DNA of 64,000 nt, from contig URMF01000005.1 of NCBI GenBank assembly GCA_900548855.1, positions 2,724 through 66,723 on the forward strand, read 5' to 3'. This stretch comes from an uncultured Eubacteriales bacterium. GTDB taxonomy: Bacteria > Bacillota > Clostridia > Lachnospirales > Lachnospiraceae. How positions within the stretch are numbered: position 1 is the stretch's first letter; each line of letters opens with the position of its first letter. Of this stretch, positions 27,477-37,992 are shown in pieces. Under the pieces are notes generated by a model. That model was not told the DNA's origin. It worked only from the letters and a program-made list of their open reading frames with translations, and ran no database searches. Position numbers and translations under genes: made by a program.

Positions 27477-27942
27477 CCTTTACTTCACTTCCCTTCAAAA
27501 AATGCAAAGTTGTCAATGCTTTTGCTGTATGAAAACTTATTTGATGGGTTGGCTTTTTAAACTTTGCCAAATCCCAAAAAGCTTCCCGGCTAATCTTCCC
27601 ATCTATAAAATTCTGTACATAATTAAATATTGTATCATCTGCCATAGGACCTTCAACAATATCGTAATCATGAGATTTTCCTAATCTGCAGCCAACAATA
27701 AAATCCAGCCATTCCTCACTCATTTGCGGAAATTTCTTAATCTTCAAAGTTTTATCAGGTGTATATTTATATTCATTTAAATATCCCTTTCCATCGAATC
27801 TTGTTGCCCATCGTTTTGCTTGCTCTGCAAGCATAGTGCAATAAAACCCAAAATAAAAATCCTTATTATATTTTTGAATCCTTATCTCCGGAAATTCAAC
27901 AATTTCTTTACTTCCATGATAAAGAACTATCTCATCTAACAC
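27466..27942 (-). CDS. DUF3990-like protein with an H-Y-E ADP-ribosyltransferase-like motif set
   Basis: 158 aa with a GTG start after GGGAGGAaaagtaa. Three motifs are visible: LYHGS (His9), GFYCT (Tyr34) and DYDIVEGP (Glu97). They are arranged like the YHGT / GFYST / catalytic-Glu triad of diphtheria-toxin/PARP-type ARTs. Confidence 0.6.
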   Translation of the reverse strand: MLDEIVLYHGSKEIVEFPEIRIQKYNKDFYFGFYCTMLAEQAKRWATRFDGKGYLNEYKYTPDKTLKIKKFPQMSEEWLDFIVGCRLGKSHDYDIVEGPMADDTIFNYVQNFIDGKISREAFWDLAKFKKPTHQISFHTAKALTTLHFLKGSEVKDEE

Positions 27943-28126
27943 TTACTTTTCCTCCCTTCTCAAATTACTCTGATATTTCTTCTTCACATTATACTTTTGT
28001 ATTTTATCATATTTTGCATACGCAAACATCTATTTAAATAAAAAAACATAAGTCTGCCTAATTATCGCCAATGCCTCATAGTATCGTTTTTTAATAATAA
28101 CCTTTCCCAATTCAATAAACAGTATT

Positions 28127-28939
28127 CTATTTTGTAAAAATTGTTTTATCTGTCAAAAATTTTTTAAGCGTTTTACAGCCATATGAATACAGCATCAAAC
28201 TTTTTCCTTTTTCAACATCCAAGAGATAACCTGTATTCGTACCACTGTCTATCGCAACCACAACTATTGTTTCCTCAGTATGAGGATTTATAGTTTCTAA
28301 CGCAATAAAGCGCTTTCCAATCTCTTTTATATTCTTTTTCTCTGCCTCACCCAGTTCATCCAAATAAACAAATAACAGCAGACAAAAATTCTTCCCTTTT
28401 CTCTCTGCCGAGTCAAGTCTATTTAATTCCCGCCGGACGGCATTTTCTAAATCAATATCATCAACGATTCTGACATAATAATAAATGTAATCCTTTAGAA
28501 ACGAGAACTTCTTTTTTCTATAACAGCCTTCCTCTGTATCTTTAAATTTATGTTGAAGCAGCTTTTTAACAACAGCTTCTTTTTCCATCATCGGAAGTTC
28601 AAGAAGCTCACTCTCATTGCATTTTCTATCTATTTTCTCGATATCTAAAAATAACAAACCCGGATAAGCCTTTATCAGTAAAACGATAGAAAGAATATCA
28701 CACCCAAAAAAACCCAGAATCCCCACTACTATAATTATTTCATTTGATAAGCCATGCTCCTGCATTACAGCAGCCCAAATCAGAAAAGCAAAACCGGCAA
28801 AAAGCAAAACGATTGCAATAATAAACATACATATTGCTTTCTTCGTATCTATAATCTCTTCATCATTGCGCTTATTCTCTTTATTCTTCATTTGTTTATC
28901 GACCTTATTTTTTCTATACATAAAACAGCTCCTAATCAC
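28127..28939 (-). CDS. Hypothetical two-TM membrane protein, translationally coupled to the histidine kinase
   Basis: 270 aa with a basic N-terminus, two TM helices and a ~170 aa cytoplasmic domain of unknown family. Its start overlaps the kinase stop (ATGA). Confidence 0.55.
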   Translation of the reverse strand: MIRSCFMYRKNKVDKQMKNKENKRNDEEIIDTKKAICMFIIAIVLLFAGFAFLIWAAVMQEHGLSNEIIIVVGILGFFGCDILSIVLLIKAYPGLLFLDIEKIDRKCNESELLELPMMEKEAVVKKLLQHKFKDTEEGCYRKKKFSFLKDYIYYYVRIVDDIDLENAVRRELNRLDSAERKGKNFCLLLFVYLDELGEAEKKNIKEIGKRFIALETINPHTEETIVVVAIDSGTNTGYLLDVEKGKSLMLYSYGCKTLKKFLTDKTIFTK

Positions 28940-29973
28940 AAATCCGAATAACTGTTTCTCGGAAATACAAGCTTGACCTCTGTTCCCACATTCTCCTCCG
29001 CACGCAGTTCCATTCCAAGACCCAGCTTATCGCAAAGCTTTTTGCAGAGATATAAACCAATTCCGGTTGATTTTTTCCCGATTCTTCCATTGCTTCCGGT
29101 AAAGCCTTTGTCGAATACTCTCGCCACCTCTCCCGGCCGGATTCCGATTCCATTATCCCGAATGGATAAAACAACACTGTCCTTTTTCTCCTCCGCGGTA
29201 AAGCAGATTTCCGCACCGGTCTCTTTTCTGTATTTGATACTGTTCTGAATAATCTGATTTAGAATGAAACTTACCCACTTCGGGTCCGTATAAATGGTCT
29301 GGTCTGCATTTAGAATCTGTATCGCAATTTTTTTGTTAATCAACGTCTGCTTATTTCTTTTAACCGACTCATTTACAATATCCTTTACCTTACACTCCGT
29401 CACACAGTAATCCTTATTGGCATGATTGCTTCTGGCATAAAACAAAGCCTGCTCCGTATAGCCTTCTATCTCATTGATTTCCTCATCAATACTCATGGTT
29501 ACATCATTTTTATTGTTCTCTATTATCATTTTAGTAGTTGCAATCGGAAGCTTGATTTCATGAATCCATAACTCAATATAATCCTTATACTCCTCCTGGA
29601 TATACTTGTATTCATTTACCTTTTCCAGCATTGCCTTGTTTGTTTCCTGCAAAATCCCGTCTAATAGCTGTTCTTCCATTGTATCTGCCGGATTTAATAT
29701 TTCTACAACCAGATACTTTTCCTCTAACTGGCTGAGTTTTCCCAATATATCTTCATAAAAGCTCTTTTTCGATTGATATTCCAAAAAGCTTCCCAGCAGA
29801 AATGCTGCAAATACAGCAAATAAAATATAAATGTGAAGAAAAATACTAACGTGATATAGCAGCAGAAAAATTTCTATGGTTACAACACCAAATAGCAATA
29901 ATATTATGGTCTTCCATCGGTCCTGCATATATCTTGTAAATTTCATAAACGGATATCCTTTCTCTAATCTCAT
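28936..29973 (-). CDS. Intramembrane-sensing (BceS-like) sensor histidine kinase
   Basis: 345 aa. Two closely spaced N-terminal TM helices have almost no external loop. The H-box is WIHEIKLPIATTKMI, the N/G boxes are DNGIGI and STGIGLYLCKKL. There is no PAS or HAMP sensor domain. Confidence 0.85.
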   Translation of the reverse strand: MRLEKGYPFMKFTRYMQDRWKTIILLLFGVVTIEIFLLLYHVSIFLHIYILFAVFAAFLLGSFLEYQSKKSFYEDILGKLSQLEEKYLVVEILNPADTMEEQLLDGILQETNKAMLEKVNEYKYIQEEYKDYIELWIHEIKLPIATTKMIIENNKNDVTMSIDEEINEIEGYTEQALFYARSNHANKDYCVTECKVKDIVNESVKRNKQTLINKKIAIQILNADQTIYTDPKWVSFILNQIIQNSIKYRKETGAEICFTAEEKKDSVVLSIRDNGIGIRPGEVARVFDKGFTGSNGRIGKKSTGIGLYLCKKLCDKLGLGMELRAEENVGTEVKLVFPRNSYSDL

Positions 29974-29978
29974 GTTTG

Positions 29979-30650
29979 TTACCCCAGCAGAATATAGCCC
30001 TGTCCCCGTTTTGTCTCTATGATGTTCTGCAGTCCTATCTCATCCAGCTTCTTCCGGATTCTCGTAATATTGACTGTCAATGTATTATCATCGATAAATG
30101 CTTCACTATCCCACAAATCATTCATAATGTCCTCTCTGGACACAATTTTCCCTTTATTCTTCACTAAAAATTTAATAATTTTCAGTTCATTTGCAGTCAG
30201 TTCTGCCCGCTTATTTTCCCTTTCAATCCTGCTCTTTGATATGTCTAAAACAAATTTACCACAGTTAATTTTTTCCTGTGACACCCCGTTGTTTGTCCTC
30301 TTTAAAATTGCCACAATTTTTGCCAGCAGGATTTGTGTGTTAAACGGCTTCGTCACATAGTGGTCAGCTCCATAATGCATGGACAGCAGTTCATCCATCT
30401 CATTGTCCCGGCTGGTTAACATAATAACTGGTATGTCAGAAATCTTGCGAAATTCCTTCAAGATATATTCTCCATCCGCATTTGGCAGATTAATATCTAG
30501 CAAAATTAAATCTGCATTGCTCTCTATGATATCCGACAGCGTATTATCATAGCGCTCCAGACCAATGGCTTCATATCCGTTTCTATTTAAAAAGATTTCT
30601 AACTCATGCCTCAGTTTTTCATCATCTTCTACAATTAAAATTTTCTGCAT
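29979..30650 (-). CDS. OmpR-family response regulator
   Basis: 223 aa. The receiver domain has ILIVEDDEKL and DLILLDINLPNADG. The C-terminus is a winged-helix domain (LTANELKIIKFLVKNKGKIVSRE...TKRGQGYIL). Confidence 0.9.
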   Translation of the reverse strand: MQKILIVEDDEKLRHELEIFLNRNGYEAIGLERYDNTLSDIIESNADLILLDINLPNADGEYILKEFRKISDIPVIMLTSRDNEMDELLSMHYGADHYVTKPFNTQILLAKIVAILKRTNNGVSQEKINCGKFVLDISKSRIERENKRAELTANELKIIKFLVKNKGKIVSREDIMNDLWDSEAFIDDNTLTVNITRIRKKLDEIGLQNIIETKRGQGYILLG

Positions 30651-30706
30651 AAATAACCTCCATATTTTCAGAAAGCAATTTTCAAGTGCGAAACATTTTC
30701 TATTCT

Positions 30707-33700
30707 TTAAAACATACGGATTTCCTTATTCAGGGCAAAGGAGTACAGATACGTTTCCGATACCGGGAGTCCTGTCAGCTGTTCTAAGGTATCCTTATAG
30801 TATAACAGCTGTGTTTTATAGCGTTCCACCAGCACTTCCTCCTGTCCTTCTTTTAGATGGTCCGTCTTATAATCCAGCAAAATAAGCGTATCCCCTTCCC
30901 GGAAATAAGCATCAATAATTCCCTGTACCACAATCTGTGTTTTTTCTGTCCCCTCAGTGGGCTTCCCGGTTATTTTCTCTGCTGGAACACCAATCACAAA
31001 CTGTTTCTCTTTATACAGACATCCGCTTCTTGCTGCCTTTCGCATACGCCTTCCAAGTGCTGAATCCACAAATGCAAAAACCTTATCCTCTGTAATAAAG
31101 CGCTTTGTCTCCTCTGGTAAACGTCCCTCTTTCCGCATATCCTCCAGGGCTTTCAAAACCTGTTCCTTACTCTCCAACAAAGTATTATCCAAAAGCTCCA
31201 TGGTTTTATGCATCCATGTACCTTTCTCGGCGGCATCCATCGGCTTATCCCCGGCAAGAAAATGCGGTACCGGCGCTTTGTAATCCTCCTTCGCCACCAC
31301 CGGACGTTTGATAACATCAGAGGGCTCATAATCGGTCTCATAAATCCGCTTAATCTCCGTAACCGACAATTTGGATTTTTGAAGGGTAAGTAAATCACCG
31401 TCATATTTCCAGGCAAGCTTCTCTTCCATTTCTTCTCTTCTCGCCGCTGGCGCATGCTTCCGCTGTTCCATCCGTTTTCCCCTATCCATCTGCTTTTCCA
31501 GATTGGACTGAATATGATGTACTGCCAGGCTCCTGAAATCATACACCTCCGCTTTAAAATGAATTTCCGGATTGTCCAATGTAACGTGCATATCATACTC
31601 CGCTGAAAGGATGTGCTCGGCTTTCTTATCCATACGCTTTCTAACTGTTTTCATAACCTCATGAAATTCCCTGTTGCGGATAAAGGAAGCCGTTATCAAA
31701 TCCAGATAATTTTTCGCCGTGTGCACGATACTATAGGACAACTTTACTTCCTTCCGTCTGGATACCGTTTCATACTTCTTGATAAGGGCTGGCACATCCG
31801 GTGTAATCCCGGTCATAATCAGCTTTTCCTTTGCCCTTGTAAGCCCGACATATAAAATCCGGAGTTCCTCCGCAATGCTTTCCGTCACCATCAATGCACT
31901 GAAAGCTTTCCTCGAAAATGTATCATTTCCACACCGTTTTTTTACGTCCACATACTTTGCACCAACATAATAATCAGAATGAATAATTAGCGGTGTTTTT
32001 GTGTCCATCCGATTAAAGTCCCTGCCCGTACCAGACAAAAATACAATTGGAAATTCCAGACCCTTGCTCTTATGGATACTCATAATGCGGACTACGTCAG
32101 AAGAAATTTCCGGTGCCGGGTCTCCTCCCAGCGTAATAGCCTTCTTCTGAAGCTTATCCACAAACATAAGGAAATCAAACAATGTTTTGTAGACTCCGTT
32201 CTCAAACTGTCTGGTCTCCTGTAAAAACAAATCCAGATTGCGGATTCTCTGCCCTCCCTCTGGCATTGCCTCCACATAGTAATAATAGCCTGTCTCATAA
32301 TAAATATCGTTCAACAGCTCACCGATGGCGGCATAAGTCTTCTTCTGCTGCAAGCGGCTGACCAGGGTAACGATTCGGCTGCACTTTGGACATAGGCAGT
32401 CCGTAATATAGGACTTATTATCCGGCAGATTATCTGTCAGGACGGCTTCTATCAGCCCGGCTGATTGCTCTGCGCTGGTATCTGCACCGTTTCGAGAATC
32501 TGCTTCCAGCCTCTTGTTCCCCACCGTCATGTCATAATACTCTGCCATCCACTTCACAACCGAATAGATATATTCTTTCTTTCCCGATTTCTTTTCTCCA
32601 TATCGCTTTACAAGCGCCAGCAGTGCCAGTTCATTGTTGTCCAATCCGCCAAACCAGCTTCTCAGCACTGCCGCTATCTCCACATCATTACAGGGATTAT
32701 CAATCACTCGTAACAGGCTCAAAATAATCCGGATTTCCACCGTGTCAAAATATCCGTTTTCATTCTGGACCTTAACTGGTATATTGCGGTTCATCAACAC
32801 CTCTGAAAAAATCTGCTGAAAGCCTGCAGGGGCACGGAACAGTATCACAATATCCTTAAGCCTTGCATTCCGCATAGTTCCGCTCTCATCATCAAACACC
32901 TGGAACGGTGTACTTCCATCCCTGCCTAACAGCTTTTCAATCCTGCCGGCAACAATAGATGCCTCCAATTCCATCCTACCAATATCCTCCAGATTCTCAT
33001 CCAGATTTTCTTCCTTTTCACTGCTCATTTCTTCATCGGAAACACTTAAGAAATCAAAATCCTTGCTCTCCCCTAAAAGCAGCTCCACACTGTCATCTGC
33101 AATTTCGGGGAACTTTCTTCCCGGAACCAGCGCTTCCTCCTGCGTATATTCAATTCCGCCTAAGTCACTGCCCATAATCTGATAAAAAATATAATTAATG
33201 GTGTTGAGGACATTGGCACGGCTTCGAAAATTATTCTTGAGTAAAAGCTTACGGCAGGCTGCGCCCTCCTCCGTATCATAAGTACGGTATTTCTCCATAA
33301 ACAAGTCCGGTCTTGCCATCCGGAAGCTGTAAATACTCTGCTTCACGTCACCCACCATAAAAATATTGTTTCTTCCCTGATAGACGGTAGATACACATTT
33401 TAAAATGGCTTCCTGAAGATAGTTGCTATCCTGGTATTCATCAATTAAAATCTCTTTAAAGTCCTCCGACATCTCCCTGCCGACATCACTGGGAACCGGT
33501 TCTCCTGACTCATCATACTCCTTACACAGCACCTGCAGGGCAAAATGCTCCACATCGCTGAATTCCAACAGGTTTTTTTCTAATTTTACCTGTAAAAAAC
33601 GTTCTCTGAACACATCCGTAATATCCAGCAGGGCGGAAAGCATCGCCTCCTGCTTCTGAAACTGGGAAAGCACCACATCAAAGGATAGGGCAAAGACGCC

Positions 33701-34627
33701 AAGCAGACTGTTAATCTGTTTCTTATAATCATCCCGAGTCTTCTTAATGCGGTCTGCAATCTCCTCATCAAACTCACCCTTTTTTCCTCTTCCGATATTC
33801 GTATACGTTCTACCCGATAAATCTGCAAACTGGGAGTAGGTGCAGGCCGAAATCATGTCATCCACCAGCATAATATCAGACAACAAAGCCTTTTCCATAT
33901 ACAACGGTCCGTCAACGGCTCTTGCCTGTTCCAACGCCTCTGCTATCTTATCCTTGATGCCTTTTGCGGTGTTGTGCAATTCGCTAAAATACTGTTTGAC
34001 AAACGGAAGGGAAAGAAAATCCTCCTCGGATTCAATATGTAGATTTTTCTTTGCCTGCTGTATCCATTCCTCCGGGCGCGGATAGCTGGAACACACCGTA
34101 TAGATTTTTAAAATATATTCCTCAATCTTAATATCATTTTTATCTGCGGAAAAGGCATCGGAAAAGGCAACAAAATCCGGATTATCTCCATAAAATTCTT
34201 CAATAACCTCTTCCAAAACCTCCTCTCTTAAAACTCCGATTTCACCCGGCTCTCCAATACGGATTCCCGGGTCAATCCCCAGAACGTGAAAATGCTCCTT
34301 TACCACCTGGTAGCAAAAACTGTCTATCGTTAAAATATTTGCCTTATTGATGAAATTCAACTGCCTTACATAATGCTGGTTATCCGGCTGTTTCAACAGC
34401 AGCCGTTCCATTGCAGTTGCAATCTTGTCCTTCATCTGCGCTGCCGCCGCCTTCGTAAAGGTAACCACCAAAAGCTGGTCAATGTCAATGGGATTCTCCC
34501 TATCCGATACCATCTGGATAATCCGCTCCACCAGTACTGCCGTTTTACCAGAGCCTGCCGCCGCAGACACAAGTAAATTGCCGTTTCCGGCATCTATAAT
34601 CTTTTTCTGGTCCGGTGTCCAGTTCAT
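30707..34627 (-). CDS. addA: ATP-dependent helicase/nuclease AddA
   Basis: 1306 aa UvrD/Rep-type helicase (LLVSAAAGSGKTAVLVERI, ILIDEYQDSN) with a C-terminal RecB-type nuclease (GIIDAYFREGDTLILLDYKTD). It is coupled to addB (ATGA overlap). Confidence 0.9.
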   Translation of the reverse strand: MNWTPDQKKIIDAGNGNLLVSAAAGSGKTAVLVERIIQMVSDRENPIDIDQLLVVTFTKAAAAQMKDKIATAMERLLLKQPDNQHYVRQLNFINKANILTIDSFCYQVVKEHFHVLGIDPGIRIGEPGEIGVLREEVLEEVIEEFYGDNPDFVAFSDAFSADKNDIKIEEYILKIYTVCSSYPRPEEWIQQAKKNLHIESEEDFLSLPFVKQYFSELHNTAKGIKDKIAEALEQARAVDGPLYMEKALLSDIMLVDDMISACTYSQFADLSGRTYTNIGRGKKGEFDEEIADRIKKTRDDYKKQINSLLGVFALSFDVVLSQFQKQEAMLSALLDITDVFRERFLQVKLEKNLLEFSDVEHFALQVLCKEYDESGEPVPSDVGREMSEDFKEILIDEYQDSNYLQEAILKCVSTVYQGRNNIFMVGDVKQSIYSFRMARPDLFMEKYRTYDTEEGAACRKLLLKNNFRSRANVLNTINYIFYQIMGSDLGGIEYTQEEALVPGRKFPEIADDSVELLLGESKDFDFLSVSDEEMSSEKEENLDENLEDIGRMELEASIVAGRIEKLLGRDGSTPFQVFDDESGTMRNARLKDIVILFRAPAGFQQIFSEVLMNRNIPVKVQNENGYFDTVEIRIILSLLRVIDNPCNDVEIAAVLRSWFGGLDNNELALLALVKRYGEKKSGKKEYIYSVVKWMAEYYDMTVGNKRLEADSRNGADTSAEQSAGLIEAVLTDNLPDNKSYITDCLCPKCSRIVTLVSRLQQKKTYAAIGELLNDIYYETGYYYYVEAMPEGGQRIRNLDLFLQETRQFENGVYKTLFDFLMFVDKLQKKAITLGGDPAPEISSDVVRIMSIHKSKGLEFPIVFLSGTGRDFNRMDTKTPLIIHSDYYVGAKYVDVKKRCGNDTFSRKAFSALMVTESIAEELRILYVGLTRAKEKLIMTGITPDVPALIKKYETVSRRKEVKLSYSIVHTAKNYLDLITASFIRNREFHEVMKTVRKRMDKKAEHILSAEYDMHVTLDNPEIHFKAEVYDFRSLAVHHIQSNLEKQMDRGKRMEQRKHAPAARREEMEEKLAWKYDGDLLTLQKSKLSVTEIKRIYETDYEPSDVIKRPVVAKEDYKAPVPHFLAGDKPMDAAEKGTWMHKTMELLDNTLLESKEQVLKALEDMRKEGRLPEETKRFITEDKVFAFVDSALGRRMRKAARSGCLYKEKQFVIGVPAEKITGKPTEGTEKTQIVVQGIIDAYFREGDTLILLDYKTDHLKEGQEEVLVERYKTQLLYYKDTLEQLTGLPVSETYLYSFALNKEIRMF

Positions 34628-37600
34628 GCATTTTCACCTCCTTTTTCCTCTCTGTTTAAAATAATATCCCTTGCCTCCTGCTTGTCCAGCTTAGAGCCAA
34701 TGCGGTAAGCATTTCCACCAAATCCTGACTCAAAGCGGCACACACTTCTGTAATCACAGAAATTACAGGGCGAATTTATCTCGCCTTTTTCCGGATTCAT
34801 CTCTATTTGACCGCAAATAATATTTTCCCCTATGTCTATCATTTTATTGCGGACGAAGCCGGATATCTGCATCAGGTCTTCCGTGCTTACCAGCGCACTG
34901 TTTCTGGAATCCAGTTCCCCATCCTTTTTGTATTTTACCGGGGTAACCAGACCTGTTTTTTCATCCATCAACATCAGGCTCTGCTCTTCCCTGTTTACCA
35001 GTCCAGAAAGTCTGCTGCTCTCAATACGCTTCTGCTCTAATTTCTCCTCCTCCGTCTCCTCAATAACCGGGTCATAAATATGATAATAATACATTCCTGT
35101 GGGAATGATTTTCTTATCCGGATACTGTCTTTGCAAGAGCTCTGTCATGACACTCATATATACCGTAAGCTGCAGCTGCTTCCCCTCATACATTTTTACA
35201 AAATCAATGTCCTTAGAACCGGACTTGTAATCTATCACCTTAAGATAAACCGCATCCTCCGTTTCCCTGATATCTACACGGTCCACAATACCGTTTAATT
35301 CCATCTGCATATCATCCGTCAGCGCCATGCGGATATAGGGCAACGCATCCTCCGGTGAAAAATATTTTTCAAAATAGGCAGGCTCCATCCCTCCCTGTTC
35401 TAAATGCCTGCAAAGATTGGCAACACTTCGCTTGGCAATGCGGATTAAAACCTCTAACTGGTGGCGGTTACGGCTGCTGCTGTCAAAAATCGTCTCATTT
35501 TCTTCCCTTGCTGCCTCAATAGTAATACTCTCTACTTTTTCTTCCAGCTGCTCCTTTGCCATACTGCCAGGAACAATGATCCCATCCTTAACCTGTTTAA
35601 AAAACTGTTCCATCACCGCATGCAGAATCGTTCCAATGTTATTGGATTCCACCTTATATTCTTCCCGTTTGGCAAGCTTTAACCCATATTTAAGGAAAAA
35701 CTGATAGGCACAGCCGGAATAGGTCTCCAGTCTCGAAACACTGTGCAGCATATTCTCCCCATAAAGCTTGCGGGCAATTGCTTTATCCAGTATGCCTGCC
35801 CGGTTATCATAAAAATATCCTTCTAAAATCTGTCCGGTCATTGCAGGATTTTCCTTCTTCATAATCTGGTACACCGAGGAATCCACCACATCATCCTGTG
35901 AAAGCTCCTTTGCAAATTCCGCCATCACCTCTTTCCCGGTTGACGGAAGCATATTCGTTATCCATTTTTCCATGTCCGTGACAGCAAGCTTTGGAAAAAC
36001 CTGCATCAGCCGGCTTATAAAATAGGACGGGCGTAGCTCTGCCCCCTTTTCATCCCCATTCCGGTAGGTAATGACTAAGCTTTCTGCCCCCTGGGTAACC
36101 TGCATATACAAATAAAACTGCTGTAAAAACATTTCCTCCCTGCTGTCCGGTGCCAGGCAGATATTCATATCCTTCAACTGTTTTCTGTCCTTATCTGCCA
36201 AAATCCCCTTGCTGGATGTATTCGGCGGCAGTAATCCCTCATTTGCCCCTGCAACAAATAAAATCTTTGTATGATGCAGTCTGGTTCGTTCCATGTCGCC
36301 TATAATTACCTGGTCAAGGGTAGATGGTATAATACCTAATTGCATATCCGAAATGCCAGTCATAAGAATCTCTGCAAAATGTTCCCGCTGGATTTCCTCC
36401 TCCCCTAATATATCCATGGTTTTATCCAATACCGAAATGAATTTGTCATACACCTGTCCATATGCTTTTGCTTCCCTGAGCTTTCCTTCCTGCTCTAGCC
36501 AGATGCTTTTTGCATATAATTTCTCTGCCATCCCATTAGTTGACATAAAATCATAAAGTGTGGTTATGTATTCACTGGCTCGGGCAGATTTTTTTAAAAA
36601 TACCGGAGTAAGCACTTCTATTTTCTCCATAAACTGTTTCCTTGTATGATTTCGTTCATGAAGCCCCTTTACTCCGCCCTTAAAAGAACGGCTCCACCAG
36701 GAGTAGCCCCTTACACCATATTGAAGGGCATAATTTTCAAGCCGGTAAACAGCCTCCATGTCTATATCCAGAAAACCGGTTTTCAGAAAAGAAAATACAC
36801 TGTCATAGGAAAAATCCGTGCGGAACAGCTCCATAACCATTCCCACAAGCTCCACAACCGGATTATGGGATAAAGGCTCGTTAAAATCAAGGAAATATGG
36901 TACCTTCACCTGCTCCATCACCTGATGCCAGACCGCTGCCTGCTCCCTTAAATCCCCGGTTATCACTGCAAAATCTCTGTAATGATATCCCTTTTCCATT
37001 ACCTTCTGTTTGATGACCTTTACAATAAATAATGCCTCTTCCCGGCTGTCCTTTCCGGAAAAAACCATAATATTTTCCGGCTTTTCGCCGTAAGCCTGAA
37101 CCGGGAAGCGGAACAGCTGCCGCTCTAAATGCTGTAATTCCCCACATCCCTCTAAACGGTAGTTATGTGTCATTCCCACATGAGGCAGTACAGCTGTCTG
37201 ATTTTCCTGCGCTAGTTTACATAATCTATCAACCGACTGTCTGCCAAGAGCAAACAATCCCTGTTCACTGTAATCATTCTTCCCAAAAATATCCTCATCC
37301 ACGGTAAAAGCAAAGTACAGATTTCCCCCCAACTTCATAAGCTCGCCAATCACATCATACTGTACCGGTGTAAAGCCGGTAAATCCATCAAAATATATGT
37401 CTGCACCCCTAAGCAGCTCTGACTCCTGCGCCACCTCTTTTAACAGCGTTAAAATCTGCTCTGTCACCATATAGGAGCTTCCCATTGCCTCATCAAATGC
37501 CTTTAACAAAACTTTTAAGTCCGACATTTTGTAATAGAGACTTCGCTCCGGACTTAAATTTGCAATCACACCTTCCAAAACCGCATCTGTAATCTGGTAC

Positions 37601-37992
37601 TGGTAAAACTCAGACAAAACAGATTTTACCTCATCTACAAAGCCCTGTTTGCCAACCATGCTGCCATAGTAGGACAACTCCCCCTGATGCTCCTTTAACA
37701 GCTTCATGACCAGCATACTTTTCCCATAGTCATCCAGAATATCCCGGGTATGGATATTCCTTTCATCAAACACCTTAAATGCCAGTCTGGTAAAGCTTAA
37801 AACAGAAATATCCATGGTTCCGCCCCTTGGATGCAGCTCCACCATATCCTGCTCCGCCGCCATGTTGGACTGCTCCGGCAGCATAAAAATAATCGGTTTA
37901 TGGTCTGGATTTTGAGAATCCCTTATCATTCTGTCATATATATATCTGGTCTTGCCGGTTCCGCTTCCGCCAAGTATAAATTGTACTGCCAT
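34624..37992 (-). CDS. addB: ATP-dependent helicase/nuclease AddB
   Basis: The N-terminus has FILGGSGTGKTRY. The C-terminal nuclease (VIDYKSG) and Fe-S cysteines (...GCAYQFF...CNFCDYRSVC) are present. The start is set at ATG 37992 (MAVQFILGG...); the track ORF extends to 38103. Confidence 0.9.
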   Translation of the reverse strand: MAVQFILGGSGTGKTRYIYDRMIRDSQNPDHKPIIFMLPEQSNMAAEQDMVELHPRGGTMDISVLSFTRLAFKVFDERNIHTRDILDDYGKSMLVMKLLKEHQGELSYYGSMVGKQGFVDEVKSVLSEFYQYQITDAVLEGVIANLSPERSLYYKMSDLKVLLKAFDEAMGSSYMVTEQILTLLKEVAQESELLRGADIYFDGFTGFTPVQYDVIGELMKLGGNLYFAFTVDEDIFGKNDYSEQGLFALGRQSVDRLCKLAQENQTAVLPHVGMTHNYRLEGCGELQHLERQLFRFPVQAYGEKPENIMVFSGKDSREEALFIVKVIKQKVMEKGYHYRDFAVITGDLREQAAVWHQVMEQVKVPYFLDFNEPLSHNPVVELVGMVMELFRTDFSYDSVFSFLKTGFLDIDMEAVYRLENYALQYGVRGYSWWSRSFKGGVKGLHERNHTRKQFMEKIEVLTPVFLKKSARASEYITTLYDFMSTNGMAEKLYAKSIWLEQEGKLREAKAYGQVYDKFISVLDKTMDILGEEEIQREHFAEILMTGISDMQLGIIPSTLDQVIIGDMERTRLHHTKILFVAGANEGLLPPNTSSKGILADKDRKQLKDMNICLAPDSREEMFLQQFYLYMQVTQGAESLVITYRNGDEKGAELRPSYFISRLMQVFPKLAVTDMEKWITNMLPSTGKEVMAEFAKELSQDDVVDSSVYQIMKKENPAMTGQILEGYFYDNRAGILDKAIARKLYGENMLHSVSRLETYSGCAYQFFLKYGLKLAKREEYKVESNNIGTILHAVMEQFFKQVKDGIIVPGSMAKEQLEEKVESITIEAAREENETIFDSSSRNRHQLEVLIRIAKRSVANLCRHLEQGGMEPAYFEKYFSPEDALPYIRMALTDDMQMELNGIVDRVDIRETEDAVYLKVIDYKSGSKDIDFVKMYEGKQLQLTVYMSVMTELLQRQYPDKKIIPTGMYYYHIYDPVIEETEEEKLEQKRIESSRLSGLVNREEQSLMLMDEKTGLVTPVKYKKDGELDSRNSALVSTEDLMQISGFVRNKMIDIGENIICGQIEMNPEKGEINSPCNFCDYRSVCRFESGFGGNAYRIGSKLDKQEARDIILNREEKGGENA

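Noticed and set aside
28932-29216. 94 aa minus-strand ORF in another frame of the histidine kinase 3' region, together with many 60-110 aa ORFs inside addA, addB, glnN and similar genes.
   Set aside because: All are embedded in strongly supported longer genes and lack start signals. They are treated as frame shadows.
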